DNA of 49,509 nt, filler included, from Circinaria calcarea (Eukaryota): NCBI GenBank assembly GCA_051942165.1. It is 2 parts of 2 records of this genome, joined end to end, with 100 filler letters (N's around TTAATTAATTAA, not from the genome) between each part and the next. Parts side by side here need not be neighbours in the genome. Positions count along the whole stretch, not along the records: positions 1 to 24,762 come from JAVECS010000102.1; positions 24,863 to 49,509 come from JAVECS010000103.1. One strand, written 5' to 3'. Shown here in pieces: positions 22,101-33,135 of the stretch (the first letter of the stretch is position 1; each line of letters starts with the position of its first letter). The notes under the pieces were generated by a model. That model was given only the letters and a program-made list of their open reading frames with translations. It was not told the DNA's origin and made no database searches. The translations under genes and the position numbers were made by a program.

Positions 22101-24762
22101 TCACATCCACAGTGACTGATGTGCAAGCCAGTGTACCGGTGATATCAGTTCCTGTGCCGTCTACTGCTACAGATGGGTCAGTTATCACCCTGCCGGTAAT
22201 ATCGGTCCCTGTCCCTTCTACCGCTATTGAGGTGTCAGTCAGTGTACCAGTGGTCCCGGTGTCCATAACGACTTCTGCTTCAGATGGTTCAGTAGTGACC
22301 CTACCGGTGATATCAGTCCCTGTAACTTCTACTGCTGTCGACGTGTCCGTCACCCTTCCGATAGACCCGGTTCCTGTTACAACTACTGGTCCAGATGGTT
22401 CAATCATCACATTACCTGTGGTGCCAGTGCCTGCTACTTCTACCGTTGTTGTGTCAACCATCCTGTCAGTGGTTCCGGTGCCCGTCACAAATACAGCTTC
22501 AGAAGGCTCGATTGTCACCCCGTCAGTAGTACCTGTGCCCGTTACAACTTCTGCTTCAGATGGCTCAGTTGCCACATTACCATCGTTACCGGTGCCAATC
22601 ACTATCACAGCTACTGACGGATCAATCGTCCCACCAGTGATATCAGTGCCTGTTACTTCTACAGCTACTGGCGGATCAGTTGCTACACCAATAGAGCCAG
22701 TGCCCATCCCTATCACAACTACCGATGGATCAATAATTCCACCAGTTATATCAGTACCTATCACTCTCACAGCTACGGACGGATCTGTGGTCTCACCAAC
22801 TATACCAGTGCCTGTTACCCCTATAACTACTGATGAATCAGTGGGGATACCAATTGCGCCAGTGCCTGTTACTTCTATCACTACTGGTGAATCAGTTGTG
22901 ATACCGATTGCGCCAGTCCCTGTTACTCCTACCACTACGGATGGACCTATTATCACTTCAGTCGTACCTGCGCCTATTACTTCTATAGCTACGGACGGAT
23001 CAGATTTGACACCCATCATATCGGAGCCTATCACTACCACAGCCAATGATGGCCAAGTCACAACAATTGCTGCATCTTCACCAGTTATTTCGACTACAAT
23101 AGAAGGACCAACTGTGATACCCGTCGTACCGGAGACTACTACTACCACCACAGCGGCCGATGGCCAAGTCACAACGATTGCTACACCTCCATCTGTTATC
23201 TCTACAGGTGCAAATGAACCCATCAGTACATCTGAAATCACTCCTGCAGGAGTCTCACCGACTAATTCGCCTATTTCTGGTACTTATGTATCAACTCCAG
23301 TGGCATTAAGCACGGCAACCATGCCATTAGAGACGTTGCCTATCAGTTCCGGATCTGTTATTCCGATTTCACCTACAGCAACAGTTGGCCCTTCTGGTAC
23401 CGAAACCTTAATCTTGACATCTCCTGCAGATTCTGGGTCGGTTAGTGGCATTTCGGCCACAGGAACATCAGGGCCGTCTGGAACTGAAGTTACATTATCC
23501 CCTTCTGTTACTAGAGTCAGTAGTGCAGCCAGTGGGTCATTGAGTGCAAGTGTATCAGGTGGTTCTGTAATCGCAGCAACGTCAACAGGATTTCCAGATA
23601 CTGCAACAGATACTGGTACCTCTGCCACTGGATTAAGTGGTTCGACTACAATATCATCTCCAATTGCTGATTCTGTTACATCTACACCTTCCGGATCATT
23701 GATCGGAACATTGATCCCTGCAAGTAATACCGCAGCATCACCTCTCGGATCAACTCCACCGCCCACTCGTACTGGTACAGAAACACCATCAATCACTCCT
23801 ACCGCTGGCACTACTGCTGCTTCTCTCGCCGAAAACTCCTTTCCTCTATCAGGCCCGCAGACCATTATGCCGACCGGTACGGATAGCTTTACCTCGCAGT
23901 TCATACCGTCAAGCATTATCGAAGAGCCAACCGCTTCCAGCCCAATCCCATTAGCAAGCAACGCACCAACTGGTATTCCATCAGGATTGCCTCGGGTTGT
24001 GAAACCTCCTGGTGGGATTCCAGAGCAGCCGAGAAACACTACCCTTATCCAGATCGCCTTTAACTATCAACTGCATTATCAGTTTGTGGTTCAGCATCAG
24101 TTGGCGGTTGCTCAGATCTTCTATTACCTTCCTGATGGTATTGCACATGGTCTTGATATCGACCCATCTAATGTCATAATGCAAACTCTCCGACCCTACG
24201 ACACGAGTAATCTAGGCTATATCACCACGCTAGCATTCGCCTATATACCTACAGACATGGTTAATAGGTTGAGCCTTGACATCCATACACCACCTTCTCG
24301 TTTCTACAATAACCCAAATGCTAGTGTCAAAACTCTCGTCTCACTGATCAATCCTGCCTTTTCCATCCTGGCAGGTAGCACTCTTAGCGGCACGGATTCT
24401 GGCACAGGAGCAGGTAATCCAGCCTCTACCGCGTCTGCCATCGTCAATGAAGGCGCACCGCTCGGTGGTGGCATGGACAATTCTTCATCTGTTCGAAGTT
24501 CAGCCGTCATCATTGGTGTGGGTGTAGTTGCTGGTGCGGCTTTATACGGAGCAGCAATGTTTCTTGTAGCACAACGCTATAGGAAGCGACGACAACTTCA
24601 TCGCCGATCCCCTAGCATCATCGATACTGCATCCATGGCTCAAAGCCACGGTGAGCTCGTTACGGGAGCAGGCGCGGCGCTTATGTCTGGAGGAAGAGGT
24701 GACAACGTTCGGAGTGCAAGCCCTGGGTACGGCGGTGCTTACGGCGGATACAGCGGGAGAAA
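19127..24762 (+). CDS. MSB2: Msb2/Hkr1-type signalling mucin, more than 1870 aa, 3' end lost in the gap
   Basis: Signal peptide, Kex2-like KR site, huge Ser/Thr/Pro/Val-rich region, Hkr1-Msb2 homology segment (TTLIQIAFNYQLHYQFVV...AQIFYYLP...GYITTLAFAYIP...FYNNP), single TM (VIIGVGVVAGAALYGAAMFLVA), then RYRKRR and a cytoplasmic tail. Confidence 0.9.
20801..21056 (+). repeat. Intragenic 69-bp (23-aa) tandem repeat, about 4 copies (SIGSTAGVPASIIPASSSQVPEP)
   Basis: TCGATTGGATCAACTGCTGGA recurs at 20870 and 20939, and with one change at about 21008. Confidence 0.9.
22130..23185 (+). repeat. Intragenic degenerate 16-20 aa repeats (PVISVPV...T[DE]GS[VI]), many copies, ending in two DGQVTTIA units
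   Basis: Repeated PVISVPV/PVPVT..TDGS motifs in the translation. Confidence 0.8.
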
Positions 24763-24862
24763 NNNNNNNNNNNNNNNNNNNNNNNNNNNNNNNNNNNNNN
24801 NNNNNNTTAATTAATTAANNNNNNNNNNNNNNNNNNNNNNNNNNNNNNNNNNNNNNNNNNNN
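24763..24862. other. Assembly gap: 100-nt N pad containing an artificial TTAATTAATTAA six-frame stop linker (24807-24818)
   Basis: N runs flanking a self-complementary all-frame-stop 12-mer. Confidence 0.95.
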
Positions 24863-26416
24863 CCCATAATCCCCGGCAACCTGTCCCTTCCCACTCACAA
24901 AATACTTGTAAATCATCAACCCCTGCAACCCCACCGGTCCCCTCGCGTGGATCTTATTCGTGCTGATGCCAACCTCGGTGCCGAAGCCAAAGCGCATCCC
25001 GTCGGCCATTCGGGTGCTCGTGTTCCAGAAGACGCAGGCGCTGTCGACGCCGGTTTGGAAGCGGCGCGCGAGGGTGGGGGAGGCGGTGAGGATGGCGTCG
25101 GTGTGGTGGGAGGAGTGTGCGTTTATATGGGCGATGGCGAGGTCGACAGAGGTGGTGGTGGCGGTGGCGGGGATAGTTTTGATGGCGAGGGTGAGGTCGA
25201 GGAATTCGGTGGTGAAGTCGGCATCTGTGGCAGACTGAAGAAGAGCTGCTTGTTCTTTAGGAAGAGATTTGGTGAGAGCAGTTTCCGAAAGTTCGTCGCA
25301 GCGGAGGTAGACGCCTTTTTCGAGGAGGGAGGAAGCGACGGCGGGGAGGATGGTTGTGAGGGCCGCTTCGTCAATTAAGAGAGTTTCGACGGCGTTACAT
25401 GCGGCTGGGTAACCGAGTTTGGCGTCGAGGAGGACCTTGACAGCCATGTCTTCATCGGCATCAGCGTGGATGTAGATGCTGCAAAGGCCATCGGCGTGGC
25501 CGAGGACGGGGATGCGGGTGTTATTTTTGATGTAGCGGACTAGTTCATTGGAACCTCGAGGGATAACTAAGTCGATGTATCGGTCCAGTTCCAGGAGAGA
25601 TGGGATCACGTCCCGGGTTGTGAGGAGCTGGATGGAGGCATTGGGAACGGCTGTATTGCCTAGAGCTTCAGAGATCACGGTGGATATGGCCTTGAAGGAC
25701 TCGGTGGATTCTTTGCCTCCTGCGACGGGGTGTTAGAACTGTAAGCCTGGATGTAGGTGAACAAAAAGCTACCTTTCAGGATGGCAGCATTGCCGGATTT
25801 TATGGCTAGTGAAGCAATGTTGGCTATGACCTCGGGACGTGCTTCGAAGATAATCAGAAGAACCCCGATTGGGCAGGTCACTCTCTCGAGGTCCAGGTCG
25901 TCATCCAGACGAGTTCTCAGCGTGATTTTGCCAACTAAACCGTACCGGGTCCACGGAAGGCCTGCACCACAGAAATGCGAAGTGGAGATGATCACCCGGA
26001 CCTCAGCAACTGGTTACATGGTTTAGGTGGTGACTGTGGTGCAGACCTTCCGCTGGACCTATTGTACGGACTATTTAGCTTTTGCCATCTGTTGGAGTAC
26101 GTTAAATCTGCTCACCCGGATCCTCGAGATCTCGAACATCCAGGATTCCTTGGAGCATGTCTTCCCACTTCCCCTTCCGACTCAGGTCCAATCTCTTCAG
26201 CACACTCTGACTGAGTTGCCCATCATCTGCAGCCTTGGTGGCGAGCTCCACGTCTATAGCATTCGCCTGTAATATGGCATCTTTGGAATCGGTGAGGGCG
26301 GCATGGATTGCTGTAAGTGCATGATTGCGGTCTTGTGCTGGCAAAACTGCCAAGCTGCGCGCAGACATCGAGGCAGCCTTCGCGACTTCGAGCGGTTCAG
26401 AATTCGTGACGGACAT
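24863..26416 (-). CDS. PRO2: Gamma-glutamyl phosphate reductase (3 exons; last codons lost in the gap)
   Basis: [109 protein letters not shown]. Introns at 26115-25935 and about 25771-25721. Confidence 0.95.
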
Positions 26417-26853
26417 GCTGTAAGACGAAAACTGAACAGAGGTAGAGAGGGAGCAGATGGTTACCGTAACGATAATGATGGCCTTTATTGCTATGACCTG
26501 CAATAAGAACCTTAACTCCGCCAAGCCCAAGCCTAAGCCTTACCATAAGTAGGGCTAAAGTTTGAGGGATTGAGTTTGTCCCTACAGGGCTATGGTTGGA
26601 CTATGTATTCACATCATTTTATTTATTTCCTTATAAACAATTGTTTAGTCATGTATTACGCAGTTTTCTCCTAGGTATATCATGAATCATAATGTGTTCC
26701 GTCGAAAAATCTATTTTATGGTATCGGTGGTTACAATATGAAATCCGGAGATATCAGCGAGTTTTCGTCGAATCAGATGTATTTCCGCCCGCTCCTCCAT
26801 ACTTGCACATACCCCTTTTCTACGCTTGAGCTTGCTTCTAGGAAGCAGCTCAG

Positions 26854-27633
26854 CTATGGCATCTCCGTGGGGTTCCCCGTCTCCTTCCAGATCTCATCCT
26901 CCTTCGCTCGGTGATATTCGCGAATGTTCAGGGCATCGCGGCTGATCTTCCAATTTCTCCTGGATTTCAGCCGGTCAAAGTAACGGTCCTGTAGCTCGGT
27001 GTGCGCTTTCCGGATCGCCTCTTCCAATGATTTCTGCGTCTTGCTCCTCTTGTCTTGGTATGTCATGCCGTGGAACAAGATCCCAATCGTGACGGCATCG
27101 TCGATCAGAAATTTGTCAACAAGATCAAACCAACCTCCTCGCTCCACCAAGAGCTCGACCGTGCTCAAAGATTGTTCATGACAACTGTAGGACATGATTC
27201 GCCGTCTGACAGCCCACTCGTCAAGTCCGAGGATTTCTGCTGGACGTGTGATGCTTGTGGCGAATTCAGCATCGGGTTGCATGTTGATTGCAAGCTCCAA
27301 GTCTCTCTGCTTCACGACGAGCCGGCGATGTTTGTGCGCCCAGTGCGAATGGTGGGGCAGGCTCTTCCACGAGCTATATTTGAGCCCCCAACCTGCCAGA
27401 CTTGTTGTGTATGGGTCCGAGGTTGGAATCAGATAGTCTTGGGCAAGACAGAGTTGGAGAAAACATCGAAGGCGTTCAACAGCTTCCTCTTCTTCCTCGG
27501 AAATACTAGGCATGGCAGAATACGCAGGAGGAGGTAGGCTCTGTTCGGAGTTGTTTGAGGCCTGTGCTGCCTTCGGGCGACGGGGGCGGGTTGCCGGTTT
27601 GAGATACGACAGAAAGATACGTAGCCACTTCAT
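26854..27633 (-). CDS. Hypothetical protein, intronless, about 259 aa from ATG 27633
   Basis: Long ORF with normal composition and a helical-looking C-terminal half; no family recognised. Confidence 0.6.
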   Translation of the reverse strand: MKWLRIFLSYLKPATRPRRPKAAQASNNSEQSLPPPAYSAMPSISEEEEEAVERLRCFLQLCLAQDYLIPTSDPYTTSLAGWGLKYSSWKSLPHHSHWAHKHRRLVVKQRDLELAINMQPDAEFATSITRPAEILGLDEWAVRRRIMSYSCHEQSLSTVELLVERGGWFDLVDKFLIDDAVTIGILFHGMTYQDKRSKTQKSLEEAIRKAHTELQDRYFDRLKSRRNWKISRDALNIREYHRAKEDEIWKETGNPTEMP

Positions 27634-28525
27634 TGGATAGATGGCACAAAGGTCTAGATAGGATGAAGTGTTCAGTCTGCCATCAACACACGAGCAAGGT
27701 CTCAATATATAAGAGGAATTGGTCTACCTAGAGGCACTCCGTACCAGGGGTCTCCTCTTACTAGCTTCACCCTATTGACACTTCGTACTTAAGATGTCCC
27801 ATGGATTTGAATGTTCATAGCATCCTTGATAAGCTTCTCTATTAGTGTATGCCTTCGGTACTGGCGCAGAAAGAGGCTTCAGTCATGTCGTATCAATTTT
27901 CCTGTACATGGGGCTTGCATGCCGAAGCTGTACTGTACTGCGGTAACGCTACAAAATGCGACAAGACTATGCTCCAAAGTATAAATTTTAAAGATGCTGA
28001 CGCAAAGATGGGGAGATCTCTGTAACTGAACCTATTCTATTTGTTGGAGACATCGAAAAGGGTATAAGGAAAAATGGCGCACGGTATACCGAAGAGTCCC
28101 TACATACTGTATCAAAGCTCGGAAATTCATGTATGAAGTATGATTGATCCCATACACGAACAATATAAGTTTTGCTGTATTGTCTCCACAGATCATACGG
28201 TCTCTCCGTGTAGTAGATGAAATGAATCCTAGTAGCCGAGAACTTAAATTAACGGGTAATGCAATGTTGTTGCACTCTCTTGTCGTGGAAGATAGGCAAT
28301 TTTCAGGAGAGACCATCACGAATGCGAAAAGCGTGAATTGGTGATCAGCAGACTTAGATAGGTGCTATCCGTAGTATACCATGCTAACCGCCTGGTACCT
28401 ATACGAAACTTACATGTAAGTACTGGATATCAGTAAAAAAGATTATACAACGCCACCAGGTGCACCCAAGATAAATTCGCCCGCCAATCAGACCTGAGTC
28501 ATGTTTGATATCCCGAGAAAAAGTT

Positions 28526-29299
28526 TTATGCCACGGCATGCTGCTGAGCTGGCGTATCCATGGCCGCATTCATATCGACCTCCACCTTCGGCATCCTCGA
28601 ACCGGTTCCTGATAAATCCGTCTTCTTGGCGTTCGGGTTCTTGCTGTAGTAGTTTGAGATGGCGGACTTGATCGCGTCTTCTGCCAACATTGAGCAATGC
28701 ACTATATACAATGATTAGCCTCCGACTGTTTATTGTCGCCTTCGGTCCTTTCGGCATAACATACACTTCACAGGCGGCAAGCACAACTCTTGCGCAATCT
28801 CCGTATTCCGGATCCTCGCGGCGTCTTCCAGTGTCATTCCCCTCACCAGCTCGGTCAAGTAGCTACTGCTTGCAATAGCGCTGCCACATCCGAAAGTCTT
28901 GAATTTGACGTCGCTGATTGTGTTCGAATTCGGATCCACCCGGATCTGGAGTTTCATCACATCTCCACACGCTGGCGCTCCCACAAGACCAGTACCGACG
29001 TCTGCGTCTGTCTTTGACATCGAACCAACGTTGCGGGGTTTGCTGTAGTGGTCGAGCAGTAAGAGGAATGTTAGCTACGGGTTCTAGGCATCGTCGTAAT
29101 AGATGATGAGAGCCAAAGGCGAGCACTTATTAGAATGAATGTAAGGGGAAGATGACTTATCTTTCTCATGATAGCTTCTTCGTGCACCGACCACTGAGGT
29201 CGCCACTACTTGAGATCGTGGAAGAATGCTTGGTCGGACAGGAGCGGCGACGACTTTGCTGGCTGCACGGGGTACTCTGGTAAGGACTCTCTTCATCAT
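28526..29299 (-). CDS. ISU1: Mitochondrial Fe-S cluster scaffold IscU/Isu1 (3 exons; first intron AT-AC)
   Basis: Arg-rich presequence, YHEK|VLDHYSKPRNVGS, GLVGAPACGDVMKLQI, FKTFGCGSAIASSS, LCLPPVK|LHCSMLAEDAIKSAI. Confidence 0.96.
29059..29160 (-). other. Non-canonical AT-AC intron (102 nt) in ISU1
   Basis: Minus strand AAA G|ATAAGT...GCTAAC-ATTCCTCTTAC|TG CTC GAC CAC TAC; removal restores K-V-L-D-H-Y exactly. Confidence 0.85.
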
Positions 29300-29742
29300 G
29301 ACTGCGGTATAGTATCTGTATAGTGTTAAAGGCTCTGTTCGATGTATGAAGGTCTTGTGGTTGACGATCAATTGCTGAAGTGGATGGTCGTAGTCAAGTC
29401 TACTAGGGTATAGACGGATAATCGAAATGACGTTGTTAAATGCTTGTTCTACAGAGACTTCTCCGCATTTCCATAGCGCCACTTTATAGCGACCATCCTT
29501 AGTCCGTACAGCCACGTGATTAGAGTGGGACTTTCAGTCAAGATCAAAGGTGGCCAAGTCATAGCCATTTAGGAGTATCTCAAGCTATCGTACAAGAAAT
29601 ATCTCACTACAGAGTAATCGCTACTCGTTTGCAAGATGCATATAACGCTACCGTCCACAAAGCCCTTGCTTTTGGGAGAATGGCACACGCCCGCTTCGTC
29701 AATCGTAATCGGCACTGTAAAACATGGGGTTCTGCTGGCCCA

Positions 29743-31474
29743 TCACATGTCCGCAAGCATATCCTCGTCAACGCCAAAGCTATCGTTCATCGTATGCAGC
29801 TCTCCACCCGAGTTTTGCCTATTCTCCCTGGCCTCCTCGCTCTTCCTCGCCTTTCGTGCCCACTCCAAATATGAAGTACTCAGCTCAAGCTTTCGATCTG
29901 CTTCCTTAATGTGACTTATCAGTTTTGTCGTGTCGGCCGTCTGCTTCTTCAGGTCGCTATACTGCTGCGCTTCCGAGCGAGCGAGCGGGCCTGAATGGGT
30001 CGAGGACGCAAACCGAAGGACGGGCGGCTTGGCAGGATCTGAGGATTGGGTAATGGTAGCGTTCAAGTGACCATCCCGAATCATTGATGATAGATAGTGC
30101 TCCGTTTCGGCATAGTCGTCAGGACGAGGAGACGTGCGTCGCGCAACTTCGGGGATAGAGAGAGCTGCGAAGGTTTTCCCGAGCCTCAGGATGGCAAAGC
30201 GTCGTAAAGCATCTAGCACTTGAAGGACTAATCCAGTGTTACAGTCCTAAATTCGGTGCTCTGTTAGTACTCTACCGGCCTAATCAACAATCCGATAGTA
30301 GCGTACATGTTGCCATAGCTCATGACCTGCCCGAGCTTCATCGTGTAGTCTATGGGCAATTCCTGCCCTGAAGACTTCAGCAAGCGCCTCGTATGCCTTC
30401 GCAGTAGCTCGATATATTTTAGCCGCTTGGTGGTTGGTGTGAGGCGGCATAGGCAAAGACTAATTGATTCTCCATTAGTATCTTGCCTTTTTGTCAGCCA
30501 GGCATGTAAACTCACCTTGCCTTCAAGCAGTAACCCAACCAAGACGTATTTCTTGTATGCCTCCACTTGTACCATGCTAACGGTGTTGTTTGTTGGTGTC
30601 GCGATGACAATCTCCAAGAAAAGTAATGCTCGCTCCCAATTCTTAACCCCTAAGTACAGCATTGCACCATAGAGAAAGTATTTCAGGTAATCTTTGTACA
30701 CCAGCTTATCTGATAGCCCAGACCCGGTGGTAATGAACGTTGAACTGGTATCATGATCTGAACAGGGTAAAGGGAGGCTCAAACTTTTGTCCGAGGGTGA
30801 GGGAAAGTGGAAGATGTCTTTGTCGAGGATTGGGAGAGCGGAGCTGAAAGCTCTAGCTGAGAGACAGAGGTGGGCAAAGAGAACGTGTGACGATGTGAAG
30901 CATGATGAAGAGGGATCAAGGCGTAGTATAGCGTTTCTGATCGGCTGAATTGCTATCTCAGGCTGCACTATATTAGAGACGAAACTTAAATTGCAATTGG
31001 AGGACTTACTGTGGAAGCTGTATATGCCACTCGAGCCGCAGCGTCTATGAGCCGTCTGAATTCGTGCCCTACGTATCTGACCTGGATTGGATCGAAGTGT
31101 TCCATAAACTTGAGCATCTTGCGCCATAGCTCACTGGAAGGAGAAAAGGCTTTGAGGTTAGCAGCGACAGATTGTTTGCTGTTCTGTGCATTTTCGATAT
31201 GAGCCAAGAGAGTATGGAGGTATGGAAGAGTATTAATCGATGGATTAAGTACCTATATACCTATTAGCTCTATGTTTGGGACTTCAGGCTAGAGCGTACA
31301 GACATCCAGGAGGTCATCTCCACTGGACATTCCACTCGTAAGCTTACTGGCGCTTGTGTGATTCAAAAGCTGAACCAAAGCGCGTATCTGCTTATCATAT
31401 TCGATGTCAGGCAGCGGTTGTGGTGGTGGGGGGTGCGGAGGGAATGTTAGTAGGTGAGCTAGGAGTTCATCCAT
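29743..31474 (-). CDS. CSN3: COP9 signalosome subunit 3 (PCI domain), multi-exon
   Basis: FDPIQVRYVGHEFRRLI, AILRLDPSSSCFTSSH, YFLYGAMLY, VSMVQVEAYKKYVLVGLL, and a PCI-type C-terminus LGKTFAALSIPEVA...MIRDGHLNATI. Confidence 0.85.
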
Positions 31475-31761
31475 AGTCGTTGGAGTAATGATTCGTAGGG
31501 GTTACTCTGCTGCTACTCCACCTAATGCCTCGTCTTATTTTTTTGCATCAGTTTTCTAACCATAGTGAGCATAGGTGGGCGACATCTGCCTGTTGCACTT
31601 ACAAAAAACTGTAGAGCGATATGCCCTATAAGGCGTCAGTGAGCAAAAATATTAAAATAAGCTCGTGATCCGTGCTCACATCGAGATAAGCGATGTTAGC
31701 GTAGCATACGGATAATACTGCCCCGCCCATACCCTGCCTAATTTGGTTACAAGATATAGTC

Positions 31762-32301
31762 TTAATTAAATTTTGATTCCTCCTCTTCTCTGTTCATGGA
31801 GGCCATCTCCATGCTATCTTCACTCACGTGGGATAGGGGGCGGCCAGTCTGCGATACAATCCGGTTGCGCACGTGGACATCATCTGGAGGAATATGGCCG
31901 GCCGGAGGCAGCTCGGAGCCGGACGGCCCGGGTGCGGAATCTAAAAGTCCGGGGCCGGGGGCAGAAGGGCCAGGGGCGGAGAGCTCCGCCTCCTCGTCAT
32001 CGGGGAGCGGCTTAAGCCGCAAACAAAGCCAATCGTGACATTCCTACGGGAGGTCACCATCAGCACATTTCACGAAATTCACTTCAAAACGAAAAATCTA
32101 TTGTGAATAATAAAAATTTCTTACCGCGCGGTTGGCGGGGATGATGGGGTAAATCCGCGTACGCGGCAGCCGATTATCTTTCGGCCGGCGTGCGCAGATG
32201 CACCTCTTCGTGGGGTGCCAATACGCCATTATCAAGCCGAAAATAACGCACGCGAAAATTCCGACCCAGACGCCATGGTCACCGAGCCAGGATGGAGCCA
32301 T
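31762..32301 (-). CDS. Small hypothetical single-pass membrane protein (2 exons, about 152 aa)
   Basis: ATG 32301, TM segment VWVGIFACVIFGLIMAYW followed by basic residues; intron 32124-32044 (GTAAGA...GCTGAT...CGTAG) joins in frame to the acidic/Pro-rich ORF 31762-32022. Confidence 0.55.
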
Positions 32302-33135
32302 AAGGCCGAGGGCGTTGGGCTGAGAAGCTTGTGTGCCGGGATGGTAGGGCTGAACCGCGAGGTGAACGGCGAGGAGAACCACCAGTGAATGGCACAGAAA
32401 AGCAATGTGAAAATGGCTTGGAGGAGGGAACCAGTATTACATCTCGAGGATCAGTTATATATCATCCATTCCCACTATTGTAGCTATGGCAACTACCTCC
32501 ACTACTGTAACTGTGGTGACTGTTTTCTTACAAAGAGCAGGTGAGATAGAAGGCGCCCATGTGTGGTGAGGGAAGGAGGAAGTACCGCGGGTGTATTGGG
32601 AAAGGGAACGGAGTGTACGTGACAAGGAAGGCGATGTTGGCGGATGTATAAAGGGGGAGGGAACGCTGGGTGTATGTCAGGGAAGTAATGTATTCTTTGC
32701 ATAACGAAATAGCAGTATCACATTATTGACCAGGGAGGAAATATGAGGAGGAAGGAAACACCGCGCAAGGACCGAGGAAGCCACGTAGTATGTGCAACGA
32801 GGAAAGAAATATCGCGAATACCGAGGAAGCCAGCGCCGTGTGTAGATTGGGAGAAGGACTCTCTCAGGTACGTACAACATCAGAACCAAGAAGAATTGGA
32901 ACTGAAGTAAAGAAAAGGGTAGCAGGCGACCTTCGAGCGGATAATCTTCAGTATGTCTACTTGTGGTTCTAACCACACAGAAGCCCATAGAGGGTCTACT
33001 AACTATCAGTGTATGCTATGTCATGCCATCGTCTCATCTCCCGTAAAGACTTTTCCTCAAGAGTCCGCCAAATGCAAGTGCAAATGCAAATGCAAGCAAG
33101 TATACTCTATGCGGTCTATCTCTATCTCATAACAC

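Noticed and set aside
19273..24039. Long antisense ORFs (up to 436 aa) opposite MSB2
   Set aside because: Shadow frames of a Ser/Thr/Pro/Val-rich repetitive coding strand.
24807..24818. TTAATTAATTAA palindrome as a biological site
   Set aside because: Embedded in Ns; assembly linker.
25935..26115. PRO2 intron 1 lacking a clear branch site, with an internal TAG/GT suggesting recursive or twin-intron splicing
   Set aside because: Internal signals are too weak to support the claim without transcript data.
29059..29160. Interpretation of the ISU1 AT-AC intron as U12-type
   Set aside because: Donor is ATAAGT rather than ATATCCTT and the branch site is GCTAAC rather than TCCTTAAC.
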